From: Pristiophorus japonicus
Lineage: Eukaryota
Assembly (NCBI RefSeq): GCF_044704955.1
Contig: NC_091980.1
Span: 50,964,001-51,028,000, forward strand
Reading direction: 5' to 3'
Length of the DNA: 64,000 nucleotides
Shown piece after piece: positions 63,143-64,000 of this stretch (positions within the stretch are counted from its first letter, which is position 1; each line of letters begins with the position of its first letter). A program made the translations under genes and the position numbers. The notes under the pieces are model-generated. The model worked only from the letters and a program-made list of their open reading frames with translations, made no database searches and was not told where the DNA came from.

Positions 63143-64000
63143 TTATTTATTAATGTTGAGGTGTTTGAGCAGAAAAAGAATCTGATACCCAAACTGTGTG
63201 ATGTACTGCTGCAGATTATGGATTGTGTTGTTCACCGTGATGTGTACCGTGGATGGCTCTGGGATTGGAAGGATGTGCTCTTGGGCTACTTGAACTTTGG
63301 TGTGGGGTTTGAAACAGAAAGTTGTGTCAGTGACCGGACACCAAGTGTCGCGATGCACCCGATACTGGTCCACGCTCGTCGTGACGCAGTATGTCCCGTT
63401 TCCCGCATATGCTACCAGAGGTGGATTGTGGCTCCAGGCCATCACCTCCATGGTTCAAATTAATAGGCTCTGCACTCTCTGATTCAAACCTGCACTCTGG
63501 CTGATCGAACGAGTTCAAATGCTGGGGGCACAATATGATGTGTGCGCCCCTGCTCTGGCACCCCTTGAAGTCAGTGCCGGTCATGGCGTGCCCCCACTTT
63601 ATTGCAAATGGTGGGGCCCCATGGTACCGTACGTGCACCCCCTCCAGTAAGACGCCAATGTTCTCCACCCTGTATACCGGCGCTGGATGTGGTGTACTGC
63701 CCATCACCGGCATACGCAACACAATCCCCATAATCGAGTGGTTGACCCAACCGCAATCCACTAGGACTGGGTAGGCTTCGGAAGCTAAACCAAGATGACA
63801 CGGACTCATTGAATTATGATACGGGCTGAGCGCTGCGAGGTGCCGGTTGCTGACCCACGATGGGATGCGACCTTGCCGAGGTCCTCCAAATTACTGCGTT
63901 CCTCGCCTAGCAACCAGGCACCGTACAACACTTCATTCATGGCTGCCTGTGCCGAGGCATTCCTATCCTCCCGTATTAATTCAATAACTGTTTTAGCATC
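63143..64000 (-). pseudogene. Fragment of a viral-type class I fusion (F-like) envelope glycoprotein gene, frameshifted and running off the window edge
   Basis: Joined frames read ...LGEERSNLEDL/RQGRIPSWVS...IVLRMPV...VYRVENIGV...DFKGCQSRGAHIILCPQ...PEC/...VAYAGNGTYCVTT...CPVTDTTFCFKP...VNNTIHNLQQYI. Cys spacing and N-glycosylation sequons (NAS, NHS, NGT, NNT) fit an F-like ectodomain. Confidence 0.6.

Noticed and set aside
24000-64000. CDC42SE2, the tail-to-tail neighbour of RAPGEF6 in human
   Set aside because: No CRIB-type motif (IGEPTNFVH) appears in the supplied ORF track or in the segments I translated.

Overview
This is eukaryotic (vertebrate) genomic DNA. The repeat content (abundant CR1 LINEs with (CTATGTTT)n tails, a Deu-type SINE, Penelope-like, Tx1-like, Gypsy and Harbinger elements) suggests a cartilaginous fish, which is an inference. 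The only host gene I can support is the 3' end of RAPGEF6 (PDZ-GEF2) on the + strand: four coding exons (8710-8935, 11009-11565, 18620-18955, 20677-20702) with canonical GT-AG sites and matching phases, ending in ...EDEQVSAV*, followed by a ~2.9 kb 3' UTR. Most of the rest is nested, decayed transposable elements: one near-full-length CR1, many CR1 fragments, two Gypsy-type LTR retrotransposon remnants, solo LTRs, three Harbinger-like elements carrying intron-containing Myb/SANT genes but essentially no transposase, MITEs and a ~30-bp minisatellite. The most unusual item is a cysteine-rich, class-I fusion (F)-like envelope gene fragment at the right edge (63143-64000, minus strand), resembling the env of lokiretrovirus-type elements. 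There is no CRISPR array or other prokaryotic system. All family assignments are from motif recognition by eye, with no database searches, and repeat boundaries are approximate unless terminal motifs are quoted.
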